This document shows positions 63,890 to 64,000 of a stretch of DNA of 64,000 nucleotides, piece by piece. The position numbers and the translations under genes are program-made. The DNA is from Lingula anatina (Eukaryota; Animalia; Brachiopoda), in contig CM120643.1 in assembly GCA_051362555.1 (NCBI GenBank), forward strand, positions 18,666,848-18,730,847, given 5' to 3'. Numbering within the stretch: position 1 is the stretch's first letter; every line of letters begins with the position of its first letter. Under the pieces are notes generated by a model. The model was not told the origin of the DNA and did no database searches. It was given only the letters and a program-made list of their open reading frames with translations.

Positions 63890-64000
63890 GTAGGGAACAA
63901 GTGCGTCTACATGTGCATGCACGCTTGTGTGTACATCAAACTAGTCTGTGGTATCTGTTCTTAGTTATAGGTCAGAGTGAAGGGTGTGTGTATGTACATG

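Overview
AT-rich, intron-containing animal genomic DNA; a lophotrochozoan or mollusc origin is my inference from gene style. Left to right: (1) the 5' exons of an unidentified minus-strand gene running off the left edge; (2) a ~21 kb tandem Toll-like receptor array with three intact two-exon TLRs and two truncated TLR relics, with a repeated CCAAT + NF-kB-site module between units; (3) decayed Tc1-like transposons and several MITE-like elements; (4) a glutathione S-transferase omega ending in -SRL; (5) ENY2 (-) head-to-head with a CENP-T-like gene (+); (6) a mitochondrial RBFA-like gene (-) that splices in frame into a long extension with two dsRBD-like segments and a CCHC-like knuckle, head-to-head with (7) TCF25 (+), which runs off the right edge. 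The most notable items are the extended RBFA and the TLR array (BB-loop Pro replaced by Gly, near-identical TIR exons, phase-compatible ectodomain exons, kB module). All exon structures were deduced by eye from GT/AG sites and frame continuity; no database searches were run.
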